A stretch of DNA of 64,000 bases from Thermoproteota archaeon. GTDB lineage: Archaea; Korarchaeota; Korarchaeia; Korarchaeales; Korarchaeaceae. Below are positions 10,204 through 19,051 of the stretch, piece by piece. Position 1 is the first letter of the stretch. Each line of letters opens with the position of its first letter. The stretch covers positions 1 to 64,000 of the forward strand of contig JAOZFH010000026.1 in the NCBI GenBank assembly GCA_027491415.1, read 5' to 3'. The notes below the pieces were generated by a model. That model was not told the origin of the DNA and searched no databases. It saw only the letters and a program-made list of their open reading frames with translations. The position numbers and the translations under genes were made by a program.

Positions 10204-10315
10204 GGGAGCTCCTCCTCTCTCAGCTGTTGCGTTGCCTGAAAGATCGCTCGCCACCAAGCGTGCTCGGATCGGGCCGGTGTTAGGAGATTAAAAAGGTTCG
10301 CCGCCGGGGGCCGAC

Positions 10316-10525
10316 TCACACCGACACGAGGATTATGTCGGCGCAGGCCCTTATGGCTGAGTAGGGGATCGTCCTCCTCTCCTTGCCCTTCTCGTCCAGC
10401 GCCACGATTATGGCGGCGAGACGACCCCCGGCGTCGTCGAACACTATGTCGTCCACCGTGCCTATGAACTTGCCGTCGGTGGTGTAGACCTCCAAGTCGT
10501 ATAGCTCCGACACCCTCCTCGCCAA
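10316..10525 (-). CDS. PRC-barrel domain protein
   Basis: VYTTDGKFIGTVDDIVFD...IPYSAIRACADIILV. Confidence 0.88.
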   Translation of the reverse strand: MARRVSELYDLEVYTTDGKFIGTVDDIVFDDAGGRLAAIIVALDEKGKERRTIPYSAIRACADIILVSV

Positions 10526-10529
10526 GGCA

Positions 10530-11225
10530 TCACCCCAGTATGACCCTGGCGTCCACCACTTTAAGGCCGCTCGGGTAAGCCATAACGGGGTTGAGGTCCA
10601 TCTCCTTTATCTCGGGGTTCTCGACCCCTATCTGGCCCACCTTCACCAGCGCGTCTACGAGAGCCTTCTTGTCGACGGGCTCCATTCCCCTATAGCCCTC
10701 CAGGAGCTTTCTGCCCTTTATCTCGCTGATCATCTCCTCTGCGTCCCTCTCGGTCAGCGGCGCGACCCTGAAAGACACGTCCCTGAAGACCTCCACGAAC
10801 ACGCCTCCGAGACCGAACATGACGGTCGGGCCGAACTGCGGGTCCTTGATGAGGCCTATTATCACCTCGACGCCCGCCGGGGCGAACTCCTGGATGAGGA
10901 CACCCACGATCCTGGCATTCGGGACCTTCGACTTGACGGACTCTATTATCTCCCTGTAGGCCCTCCTGACCTCCTCCTCCGTCTTCAGGTTCACCTTCAC
11001 GCCGCCCACGTCGCTCTTGTGCAGGACGTCTGGTGAGACTATCTTGAGGACGACCGGGAGGCCGATCTCCCTGGCGAACTGGACGGCCTCCTCCTCGGTC
11101 TTGGCGACCTTCACCCTGGTCACGGGGATACCGTAGTCGGCGATGAGGGCCTTGGCCTCTGGCTCGAGTAGGACCTTCCTGCCCTCAGAGATGGCTCCCT
11201 GGATTATCTCCCTCCCCTTAGGCAT
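10530..11225 (-). CDS. acdB: ADP-forming acetate/acyl-CoA ligase beta subunit (ATP-grasp)
   Basis: PVVLKIVSPDVLHKSDVGGV, DPQFGP, EMDLNP, VVDAR. Confidence 0.92.
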   Translation of the reverse strand: MPKGREIIQGAISEGRKVLLEPEAKALIADYGIPVTRVKVAKTEEEAVQFAREIGLPVVLKIVSPDVLHKSDVGGVKVNLKTEEEVRRAYREIIESVKSKVPNARIVGVLIQEFAPAGVEVIIGLIKDPQFGPTVMFGLGGVFVEVFRDVSFRVAPLTERDAEEMISEIKGRKLLEGYRGMEPVDKKALVDALVKVGQIGVENPEIKEMDLNPVMAYPSGLKVVDARVILG

Positions 11226-11285
11226 GGACGCACGTCACCGCGACAAGCTTTGGCCCAATCCGTTAAAAGATTATCCCACGGAGTC

Positions 11286-12563
11286 TCAGCGCCTCCTGGA
11301 CCTCCTGAGAATCCTCTCTATGGACTTAGAGACTCTCCTAGCCTTTTTAGCCTCCTTCGGGGGGGCCTTGCTGAGTTTTCTCTTCGAGGGCTCCTCGCGC
11401 GCTCCTCCCGCCTCCAGCACCTCCTTGGGTATGTAGTACATGCCCGCCGCGTCCTTGGAGAGGTATCCGGCGGCGACTAGAGTCTCCAACCTCCTGTACT
11501 CCTCGTCCACCGGAACCTCCGTCGCGAGCGCCAGCTTCTCGAGGGTCGTTGGACCGCCGCCGAAGTCCCTCACCAGCGTTTCAACCTCCAGCCTGTACCT
11601 CTCCGGCACCCTGTCTAGGAAGTCCAAGAGGGGCTTCTCGGGCTCCATCACGTCGTCCACAATGACCTCGGTGACGGTAGTCCTCCTCAAGGCCACGGCG
11701 GCCTCCAGGGCCTGGGAGAGTATCTCCATCAGCCTCTTTGGCACCCCACGTGCGTACCTGTTGGCGGTCTCCACCGCCTCGGGCGTCAACGGATCGAGGT
11801 CGAACCTCGGCTCCCTCACCCTGAAGGCCGACACCCTCTTGCCCACTATCCGGATGGCCTCGTCGTCGGTCAGCGGCTGGAGCTCCACCTTGTCGTGCAT
11901 CCTCGATAATAGGGCGGAGTGCCTCTTCCTCAGGGCGTTGAAGGCGTCAGGGCTCATTGTCATGACGACCATTATCCCCTCTGGCATCACGGAAACGAGC
12001 TCCCTGATGCTCTCGAAGAAGAAGAAGGACCACCTGTCCCCGCTCAGGAGCATGTTGTGGGCGTCGTCAAGGAGGAGAGCGACTGGCCTTATTGGGTCGA
12101 GGTAGTCCACCAGAGCCTCCCCGACGCTGGCGGGGGATCTCCTCAGCCTCTCCAGCTCCTCCTCGCTCAGCTCGGATATCCCGAGGACTAGCTTCTTCAG
12201 CGCCTTCATCATGCCCCTGCTCCGCTCGTAAGTGAAGCTCAGGAGGTCGTCTATGGCGTCGGGCCCCTCCAGCGGGCTGACCTCGTAGAGTATGTACTCC
12301 CCCTCGGACTCCCAGAAGTCGTGGGCCAGGACGTTGAGCCGCGTCGTCCGGCCCATCCCGGGCTCCCCCACCACCGCTATGAACGCCGACCCGGTGCCAG
12401 CCAGCGTGTCGCTCGCCATCGCTTGGAGGCTCGAGTCCTGAGAGAGGGGGACGAACATCTGCCTCGTCAGTTCAGGGTCAAAGTCTGCTAGGGGCGTGAA
12501 CGGGTTCCTGGAGAGGCCGAGGATCACTTCGAGGCTCCTCTCCCTTCCAGCGAGGCCCGCCAA
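11286..12563 (-). CDS. AAA+/P-loop ATPase with C-terminal winged helix
   Basis: N-terminal NPF, Walker A variant GEPGMGRTT, Walker B LLLDDAH, lid GVPKRL, C-terminal HTH-like region and basic tail. Confidence 0.7.
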   Translation of the reverse strand: MAGLAGRERSLEVILGLSRNPFTPLADFDPELTRQMFVPLSQDSSLQAMASDTLAGTGSAFIAVVGEPGMGRTTRLNVLAHDFWESEGEYILYEVSPLEGPDAIDDLLSFTYERSRGMMKALKKLVLGISELSEEELERLRRSPASVGEALVDYLDPIRPVALLLDDAHNMLLSGDRWSFFFFESIRELVSVMPEGIMVVMTMSPDAFNALRKRHSALLSRMHDKVELQPLTDDEAIRIVGKRVSAFRVREPRFDLDPLTPEAVETANRYARGVPKRLMEILSQALEAAVALRRTTVTEVIVDDVMEPEKPLLDFLDRVPERYRLEVETLVRDFGGGPTTLEKLALATEVPVDEEYRRLETLVAAGYLSKDAAGMYYIPKEVLEAGGAREEPSKRKLSKAPPKEAKKARRVSKSIERILRRSRRR

Positions 12564-12679
12564 TCAATCCACCGCGGAAGGGGCGCCCGGGCCTATATAA
12601 TAGGCCCGGGTCTCCCGGCGGCGGGGGCATTCTTTTTTAACGCAGGCGCGCGGGCTGGCCTTGGAAGGGTGAAAAGGCG

Positions 12680-14899
12680 TTGCAGAAGTACAAGAAGATC
12701 GTAGAGCACCTCCAGGGCCTGATGATGGACCCCCGGAACATAAAGAACATTGGGATCATCGCCCACATAGACCACGGCAAGACGACGCTCTCTGACAACC
12801 TGCTCTCCTCAGCCGGCATGATCAGCACGAGGATGGCGGGCGAGATGAGGTGGCTCGACTACCACGAGCTAGAGCAGGCCAGGGGAATCACGATAAAGGC
12901 CGCGAACGTCTCTCTGTACTACAAGTACGAGGGGAGGGAGTTTGCCATCAACATGGTGGACACCCCTGGCCACATAGACTTCACGGGGCACGTCACCAGG
13001 TCGCTGAGGGTGATAGACGGCGCCATAGTCGTGGTCGACGCGGTGGAGGAGGTCATGGTCCAGACCGAGACCGTGACCAGGCAGGCCTTGGAGGAGAGGG
13101 TCCGGCCGCTCCTGTTCATCAACAAGGTCGACAGGCTCATCAAGGAGCTGAGGCTGACCCCCCAGGAGACCCAGAAGAAGATCGCCAGGATCATCACCCA
13201 GTTCAACGACCTCATCGAGGCCTACGCGGAGCCGGAGTTCAGGGACAAGTGGAAGGTGAGGTGGGAGAACGACACCGTGGCCCTCGGCTCCGGGCTCCAC
13301 GGCTGGGGCCTCAACGCGTCCGTCTCCAAGAGAAAGGGCGTCACCTTCGGCGAGATACTGAAGGCCTACGCAGAGGACGACCACGTCAGGCTCAAGCACG
13401 AACTCCCGGTGCACGAGGCCATCCTGGAGATGGTCGTGAAGCACGTCCCCAGCCCGATAGAGGCCCAGCAGTACAGAATCGACAGGATATGGAAGGATAA
13501 GCACGACGAGGAGATCCTCGAAGCCCTGAAGAAGTGCGACCCCAACGGGCCGCTAATCATAGGCGTCAACGCCGCCAAGCTCGACCCGCACGCTGGCGTG
13601 GTGGTCACCGGGAGGGTGTTCAGCGGGACCGTCGGAGAGGGCCAGGAGGTCTACCTGCTCAACGCCAAGAAGACCCAGAGGATACAGCAGACCGCCATCT
13701 ACATGGGCCCGTACAGGGTCAGGATGGAGCGGATCCCGGCTGGGAACATAGCCGCCCTGCTTGGCGTGGACGCCGCCAGCTCCGGCGAGACCCTGGTCGT
13801 GCCATCGATCAGGGGGAGGGTCCAAGAGGGCTTTGAGGCCATGCACTACGTCACTGAGCCGGTCGTCACCGTGGCCATAGAGGCCAAGAGGCCGTCCGAC
13901 CTGCCCAAGCTGGTGGACGCCCTCAGGAAGCTCACGCTCCAAGACCCGAACCTGATCCTGATCCACAACACCGAGACGGGCGAGATCCTCCTGAAGGGTA
14001 CCGGCGCACTCCACCTGGAGGTGTCGCTCTACGACATCAAGAAGTCCGGCCTCGAGTTCGAGGTCAGCGAGCCAACCGTCGTCTACAGGGAGAGCATGAA
14101 GTCGTCTTCGCCAGAGCCCGTGCTGGCCAAGTCCCCCAACAAGCTCAACAGGCTCTGGGTCACCGCCGAGAGGCTGCCGGAGAAGGTCATCGAGCTCATC
14201 AAGGAGAAGAGGATCCACGAGAGGATGGACAGCAGGTCCATCGCCAAGATCCTGAGGGAGGAGGGCGGCATGGAGACCGACGACGCCAGGAACGTCTGGA
14301 AGATCGACGAGGAGAACTACAACCTGTTCATCAACAGGACCGTCGGAGTCCAGAGGCTCGACGAGGTCAGGGAGATCCTGAAGCAGGGCTTCATGTGGGC
14401 CATGAAGGAGGGCCCGCTCGCCGGGGAGCCGTCCATGGGGCTCGTCATAAGGCTGGTCAACGCGATGATTCACGAGGATCCGGCCCACAGAGGTCCGGCC
14501 CAGCTGGTGCCAGCGATCAGGAGGGCGATATTCGGCGCCATGCTCAGCGACGACCCGGTCCTGCTGGAGCCAGTCTACGAGATCCAAGTCACCGTCCCTC
14601 CAGAGCTGATAGGGAGTGTAATAGGCCTCCTCTCGCAGAAGAGGGGCAAGGTCTCCGGGGTAGAGGAGAGGGGAAGGATCAGCGTGGTAAAGGGCTACAT
14701 ACCCGTCAGGGAGACCCTCGGCGACTTCAGCAACGAGATGAGGAGCGTCACCGGCGGAAGGGCCTTCTGGCAGACGAAGTTCTCCCACTGGGAACCCCTG
14801 CCGAAGTCCCTGATGGAGCAGGTGATCCTAGAGATCAGGAGAAGGAAGGGCATGAAGGAGGAGCTCCCGAGAGCGGAGGACTACATCGACCGACTGTGA
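12680..14899 (+). CDS. fusA: Translation elongation factor 2 (aEF-2)
   Basis: AHIDHGKTT, RGITI, DTPGH, NKVD, and diphthamide loop HEDPAHRGPAQ. Confidence 0.98.
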   Translation: MQKYKKIVEHLQGLMMDPRNIKNIGIIAHIDHGKTTLSDNLLSSAGMISTRMAGEMRWLDYHELEQARGITIKAANVSLYYKYEGREFAINMVDTPGHIDFTGHVTRSLRVIDGAIVVVDAVEEVMVQTETVTRQALEERVRPLLFINKVDRLIKELRLTPQETQKKIARIITQFNDLIEAYAEPEFRDKWKVRWENDTVALGSGLHGWGLNASVSKRKGVTFGEILKAYAEDDHVRLKHELPVHEAILEMVVKHVPSPIEAQQYRIDRIWKDKHDEEILEALKKCDPNGPLIIGVNAAKLDPHAGVVVTGRVFSGTVGEGQEVYLLNAKKTQRIQQTAIYMGPYRVRMERIPAGNIAALLGVDAASSGETLVVPSIRGRVQEGFEAMHYVTEPVVTVAIEAKRPSDLPKLVDALRKLTLQDPNLILIHNTETGEILLKGTGALHLEVSLYDIKKSGLEFEVSEPTVVYRESMKSSSPEPVLAKSPNKLNRLWVTAERLPEKVIELIKEKRIHERMDSRSIAKILREEGGMETDDARNVWKIDEENYNLFINRTVGVQRLDEVREILKQGFMWAMKEGPLAGEPSMGLVIRLVNAMIHEDPAHRGPAQLVPAIRRAIFGAMLSDDPVLLEPVYEIQVTVPPELIGSVIGLLSQKRGKVSGVEERGRISVVKGYIPVRETLGDFSNEMRSVTGGRAFWQTKFSHWEPLPKSLMEQVILEIRRRKGMKEELPRAEDYIDRL

Positions 14900-14940
14900 G
14901 TCCTCCTGGCCCCCTCTTTTGATCTCAGGGGGGCCCAAGC

Positions 14941-15621
14941 TCACCCCCTATTTTCGGCCCAGATGGGCTCCCCCACCCACCTCATCCTGGCTATCGCCGG
15001 CCCAACGATGGTGTAGGCCGCCGCTAAGATGACGACCGCCTTAGACAGCGGCGAGACCAGCTCGGTAGGCCCCAAGATCATGACCAGCGGGAGGATCGGC
15101 CTGAGGCCCCAGAGTAACCTCCTCCACCCGCCCCCCTCCCCCACAGACGTTGCCTGGGACCTCGGGTAGGGTATGGGGAGGCCCGTCGCCAGAATGAAGG
15201 GGAGCAGGATCAGGGGGTGCAGGTCCAGACCCGCCAGTACGGAGCACTCGATCAACAGGGCCGGGATGAACAGGGGCGCCCCCCTGAAGTATCGCGAGTC
15301 CTTGGGTATGGACAGCCTCACAATCCCTACTATCACGCGCAGGGAGGCCACCGCGCTCTCCAGAGGACCTCCGGCAGCCGCGTAGAGCACTGCCGGGGCC
15401 ACGCACTGGTTTACCCTGTCCACCGCCCTGTCCAGAACCTCCCCCCTGGGAGACTCGACCCCGAGCAGCCTGGCGGCCATCCCGTCCAGGTAGTCGAAGA
15501 AGAGGGCGAGGAAGAACAGCCTCGCGGCCTCGTAGAACCTGCCCGTCGCGGCGAGGTAGATGGACTGGAAGCCGATCTCGAGCCCGATGAGCGTTATTAA
15601 GTCTGGCAGGAGTTCCAGCAA
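14941..15621 (-). CDS. CDP-alcohol phosphatidyltransferase (archaetidylserine synthase-like)
   Basis: DYLDGMAAR...GEVLDRAVD signature; hydrophobic. Confidence 0.88.
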   Translation of the reverse strand: MLELLPDLITLIGLEIGFQSIYLAATGRFYEAARLFFLALFFDYLDGMAARLLGVESPRGEVLDRAVDRVNQCVAPAVLYAAAGGPLESAVASLRVIVGIVRLSIPKDSRYFRGAPLFIPALLIECSVLAGLDLHPLILLPFILATGLPIPYPRSQATSVGEGGGWRRLLWGLRPILPLVMILGPTELVSPLSKAVVILAAAYTIVGPAIARMRWVGEPIWAENRG

Positions 15622-15643
15622 TCTCGGTCACCCGGTGGTTCCG

Positions 15644-16354
15644 TTGGCGACGCTGAGAGTGATCTTGGTCGAGCCCGAGAACGCAATAAACGTTGGCTCG
15701 ATAGCCAGGGCCATGAAGAACTTCGGCTTCAGGAGGCTCTACCTCGTGAATCCCATGTTCGAGTCGTTCGACAGGGCCTACGCCGCGGCCATGAGGGCGA
15801 GGGACGTCCTGGAGGGGGCGAGGGTCGTGACCTCCCTAGAGGAGGCGTTCGAGGGCGCCCACGTGGTGGTCGGCACCACCGCGAAGCCAGGCCCGCCGGG
15901 GTCAATCCTCAGGCAGGTCGTGCCGCTCAGGCAGTACGTTCAGAGCCTGAGGTGGGACGCAGAGTACGCCCTTGTGTTCGGCAGGGAGTCGACCGGCCTG
16001 ACCAACGAGGAGCTCACCAGGTGCGACGTCCTGATCACGATTCCGGCCTCGGAGGAGTACCCGACGCTGAACCTGGCCAACGCGGTGGCGGTAGTGCTAT
16101 ACGAGTTCAGGACGGCGATGGACGCCGGGGGGATGGACGTCAGGCCCCCGGAGAGAAAGACCGTCGAGATAATGCTTAAGTACCTCGACGACATCATCGA
16201 CCGCGTAGACCTGCCCGAGCACAAGAGGAGGAGGCTCCGCCTCATGGCCCGCCGGGTGATCGGGAGGGTGTTTCCCTGCGGGCTCACCGAGGAGGAGACC
16301 CTCTACGCGCTCGGGGCGGTGAGGAGGATAAGAGACGCGATGGTGGGTGATTGA
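15644..16354 (+). CDS. trmJ: tRNA C32/U32 2'-O-methyltransferase, TrmJ family (SPOUT)
   Basis: NVGSIARAMKNFG, LVFGRESTGLTNEEL, YPTLNLA; TTG start after GGTGG RBS. Confidence 0.9.
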   Translation: MATLRVILVEPENAINVGSIARAMKNFGFRRLYLVNPMFESFDRAYAAAMRARDVLEGARVVTSLEEAFEGAHVVVGTTAKPGPPGSILRQVVPLRQYVQSLRWDAEYALVFGRESTGLTNEELTRCDVLITIPASEEYPTLNLANAVAVVLYEFRTAMDAGGMDVRPPERKTVEIMLKYLDDIIDRVDLPEHKRRRLRLMARRVIGRVFPCGLTEEETLYALGAVRRIRDAMVGD

Positions 16355-16868
16355 TATGTCGCTGAGACCGGCCCGGAACTACAGGGCAATCCAGAGGCCC
16401 TACACCCGCAAGGAGTACATCAAGAGCATACCCTACAGCAAGATCCAGAAGTTCGACCACGGCAACCCAAACCTGGACTACGACTACGAGATCAGGGTCG
16501 AGGCCACCGCCAGCTTCCAGCTGAGGGCCAACGCCATGGAGGCCGCCAGGATGGCCGTGCTCTCGCAGCTCAGGAAGAGGATAGTGAGCGGCGAGTACTT
16601 CTTCAAGGTGGTGCCCTACCCGCACCACATCCTCAGGAAGCACGCGATGGCGGGTGTGCACAAGGCGGAGAGGCTCCAGAAGGGCATGAGGCTCGCCTTC
16701 GGCAAGCCCGACGGTAGAGCCGCCCAGGTCAGGAGGGGGCAGACCATCCTCCTCCTCAGGGTCAAGGAGGAGGACCTAGAGGAGGGCAAGTACTGCCTGA
16801 GCGTCGGCAAGAGGAAGCTCCCCCACATGACGAGGCTGGTGGTAGAGAGGATCTCCGGTGGCGGGTAG
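16347..16868 (+). CDS. rpl10e: 50S ribosomal protein uL16 (L10e)
   Basis: RPARNYR, YTRKEYI, GMRLAFGKP. Confidence 0.95.
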   Translation: MIDMSLRPARNYRAIQRPYTRKEYIKSIPYSKIQKFDHGNPNLDYDYEIRVEATASFQLRANAMEAARMAVLSQLRKRIVSGEYFFKVVPYPHHILRKHAMAGVHKAERLQKGMRLAFGKPDGRAAQVRRGQTILLLRVKEEDLEEGKYCLSVGKRKLPHMTRLVVERISGGG

Positions 16869-17493
16869 GCCCTCCGAGGGGGAGCTCGCCAGGCTCCTCT
16901 CTTCCCTCGAGCCCCTTCCAAACCCGAAGCCGGAGCTGGAGCAGTACGAGACGCCCTCCGAGCTTGCGTCCCAGGTTCTCGCGTGGGCATTCGACCTGGG
17001 CGACATCGAGGGGAGGACCGTCGCCGACCTCGGCTGCGGATCGGGGGTGCTGGGGCTGGGCGCGGCCCTGCTCGGCGCGAGGGAGGTCGTCTGCATCGAC
17101 GTGGATCCGCTCGCGGTGGTCACGGCGTGGAGGAACGCCTGGAGGTTGGGCGTGGTGGATAGGGTGAGGATCTACGTGAGCGACGTGGTGGACTTCAGGG
17201 AGGCCGTGGACACGGTGGTCATGAACCCGCCGTTCGGCATCCGGGGTGACGTGCCCGACCTAACCTTCCTAGTGAGAGCGCTCAGGTCCGGGAGGGTGAT
17301 TTACTCCATTCACAGGGAGGGGAACGCCGAATTCCTCGCAGGGGCCGCCTCCAGGCTCGGCGCCAAGCTGACGCACGTGCGGCGATATCCTTTTTCCATT
17401 GCCAGGAAGTTCAAATTCCACAGAAGGAAGAGCGTCGAGGTGGGCGTTGAGGTCCTCAGATTCGAACGCTTATGCGACGAGGAGTCTCCCTGA
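16858..17493 (+). CDS. METTL5-family N6-adenine RNA methyltransferase
   Basis: LEQYETP, DLGCGSG, NPPFG. Confidence 0.9.
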   Translation: MAGRPSEGELARLLSSLEPLPNPKPELEQYETPSELASQVLAWAFDLGDIEGRTVADLGCGSGVLGLGAALLGAREVVCIDVDPLAVVTAWRNAWRLGVVDRVRIYVSDVVDFREAVDTVVMNPPFGIRGDVPDLTFLVRALRSGRVIYSIHREGNAEFLAGAASRLGAKLTHVRRYPFSIARKFKFHRRKSVEVGVEVLRFERLCDEESP

Positions 17494-17504
17494 GGGGTGA
17501 TTGC

Positions 17505-18071
17505 ATGTCCAAAGATCAGAAGAGGCTTGTGATCCCCGGTGAGCCGCTGGGGGTCATCGAGGAGGTTCTTCCGGGAGAGGGAGCTTACGTGGACGCTGAG
17601 GGTAAGGTCAGGTCGACCAGGCTCGGCTACTCCATCGTGGAAGGGGGCAAGGTCAGCGTTGAGCCTCTTAGGAGGCCGCTGCTCCCGCTCAAGCCCGGGA
17701 CGGAGGTTGTAGGGGTGGTGTGGGGGACTGAGAGAGCCCTGCACCACGTCAAGATTATCGGGATCGCTGGGAAGCGGCCGATCAGGCTTCAGGAGCCCAT
17801 ATCAGGGATCATGCTGAAGTCTCACCCGGCCAACCAGGGGGCCAGGCCCGGCGACCTCATCCTGGCCAGGGTGATGAGGTCAGACTCGGAGCAGGTTGTC
17901 CTGACGATGGCGGGCCCCTCGCTGGGGGTAATCCTGGCCAGGTGCCCGAAGTGTGGGGCCCCTCTGAAGAGGGTGGGCTACACACTTGTCTGCGAGGACT
18001 GCGGTAGGGTGGTTCTGGACAGGAGGGTAAGCGACTTATATGGCAAAAACCCGTTCAGGGGGACGGTGTGA
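17505..18071 (+). CDS. csl4: Exosome RNA-binding subunit Csl4
   Basis: VIPGEPLGVIEE, GDLILARV, LGVILARC..C Zn ribbon. Confidence 0.88.
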   Translation: MSKDQKRLVIPGEPLGVIEEVLPGEGAYVDAEGKVRSTRLGYSIVEGGKVSVEPLRRPLLPLKPGTEVVGVVWGTERALHHVKIIGIAGKRPIRLQEPISGIMLKSHPANQGARPGDLILARVMRSDSEQVVLTMAGPSLGVILARCPKCGAPLKRVGYTLVCEDCGRVVLDRRVSDLYGKNPFRGTV

Positions 18072-18072
18072 G

Positions 18073-18702
18073 TTGGTGAGGCACGGCGGCCTGAAGAGGA
18101 TCGAGAAGAGGAGCTTCGTGCTCAACGTCAGCCAGGAGAGTCTGTCGGACTTCCTCGACTACCTCGAGAGGAAGATGGAGGGGCTGGACTACAGCTACAG
18201 GTTCGCCGTGCCCGGAAAGCTCTACATCACCGTTTACGGGACCAAGGAGGAGATGACTAGGGCCGAGAGGGTCGCCCGGTCGGCCTACAGGAACTTCGCC
18301 CTCGTCCACGCAGAGGGCCCCACCAGGAGGTACCCCAGGGACTGGATAGACGAGCGCAGGGGAGGGGTGTCCTACAGCCTCTTGACGACCGCGCTGGAGG
18401 CGGCCGGTCACGAGGTCGGGTGGGTGGGCGACGAGCTGGTCACGGACGCGACGCCGGAGGAGTTCCAGGAGATGGTGGCCGAACTTCAGGACCTCGTCAC
18501 GGAGGCCAGGGCCGAGATAAGGCAGAGAAGGGTCAGGGAGACCCTCGTGGCCGCCGCGTACGTCTCCGGCAGGCCGTTCCTGGACGTCCTGGAGGAGGCC
18601 TTGGAGGAGGGCCTCATCGAGGAGGATGAGGACGGCGTCTTCTGGTTCAGGGCGCCTCCTGAAGTGGTCATCACGAGGCTCAAGGGGGAGGAGGAAAGTT
18701 GA
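18073..18702 (+). CDS. DUF2067-like protein
   Basis: KLYITVYGTKEE motif and the usual position between csl4 and rpoL; start uncertain. Confidence 0.6.
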   Translation: MVRHGGLKRIEKRSFVLNVSQESLSDFLDYLERKMEGLDYSYRFAVPGKLYITVYGTKEEMTRAERVARSAYRNFALVHAEGPTRRYPRDWIDERRGGVSYSLLTTALEAAGHEVGWVGDELVTDATPEEFQEMVAELQDLVTEARAEIRQRRVRETLVAAAYVSGRPFLDVLEEALEEGLIEEDEDGVFWFRAPPEVVITRLKGEEES

Positions 18703-19007
18703 GCGGCGAGCAGGGGGAGAGGGTGGAGGTCTCCATAGAGAGAGACGGAGACCTCGTCACCGTCCGGGTTCGGGGTGAGACCTACACGCTGCTGGACCCG
18801 CTGGTGAAGGCCCTGCACGAGGTGGGCGTTGACTTCGCCGGGTACGACGTTCCGCACCCGCTGAAGGAGGAGGGGGTGCTCTACGTCAGGTCCAAGGATG
18901 GGGACCCCGTTAGGAAGATCTTCGAGGCCCTTCAGCTTCTCAAAGATGAGTTTGGGGCCCTGAAGGAGTCCGTAGAAGAGGAACTGAGGCGCGTGGGGGG
19001 CTCGTGA
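18699..19007 (+). CDS. rpoL: DNA-directed RNA polymerase subunit L (Rpo11)
   Basis: GETYTL...FAGYDVPHPL. Confidence 0.92.
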   Translation: MSGEQGERVEVSIERDGDLVTVRVRGETYTLLDPLVKALHEVGVDFAGYDVPHPLKEEGVLYVRSKDGDPVRKIFEALQLLKDEFGALKESVEEELRRVGGS

Positions 19008-19051
19008 TCCGTCGGGTCAAGTAATTTATAGACCGCCTGGCGGCCTGGCCC

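Noticed and set aside
8407-10239. 610-aa + strand ORF and many similar long overlapping ORFs (e.g. 13553..14788, 33863..34693, 39654..40610)
   Set aside because: Antisense or alternate-frame shadows of well-supported genes, expected at high GC; no motifs
14470-14505. EF-2 diphthamide loop as a possible divergent EF-2 paralog
   Set aside because: The canonical HRG motif is intact; nothing unusual
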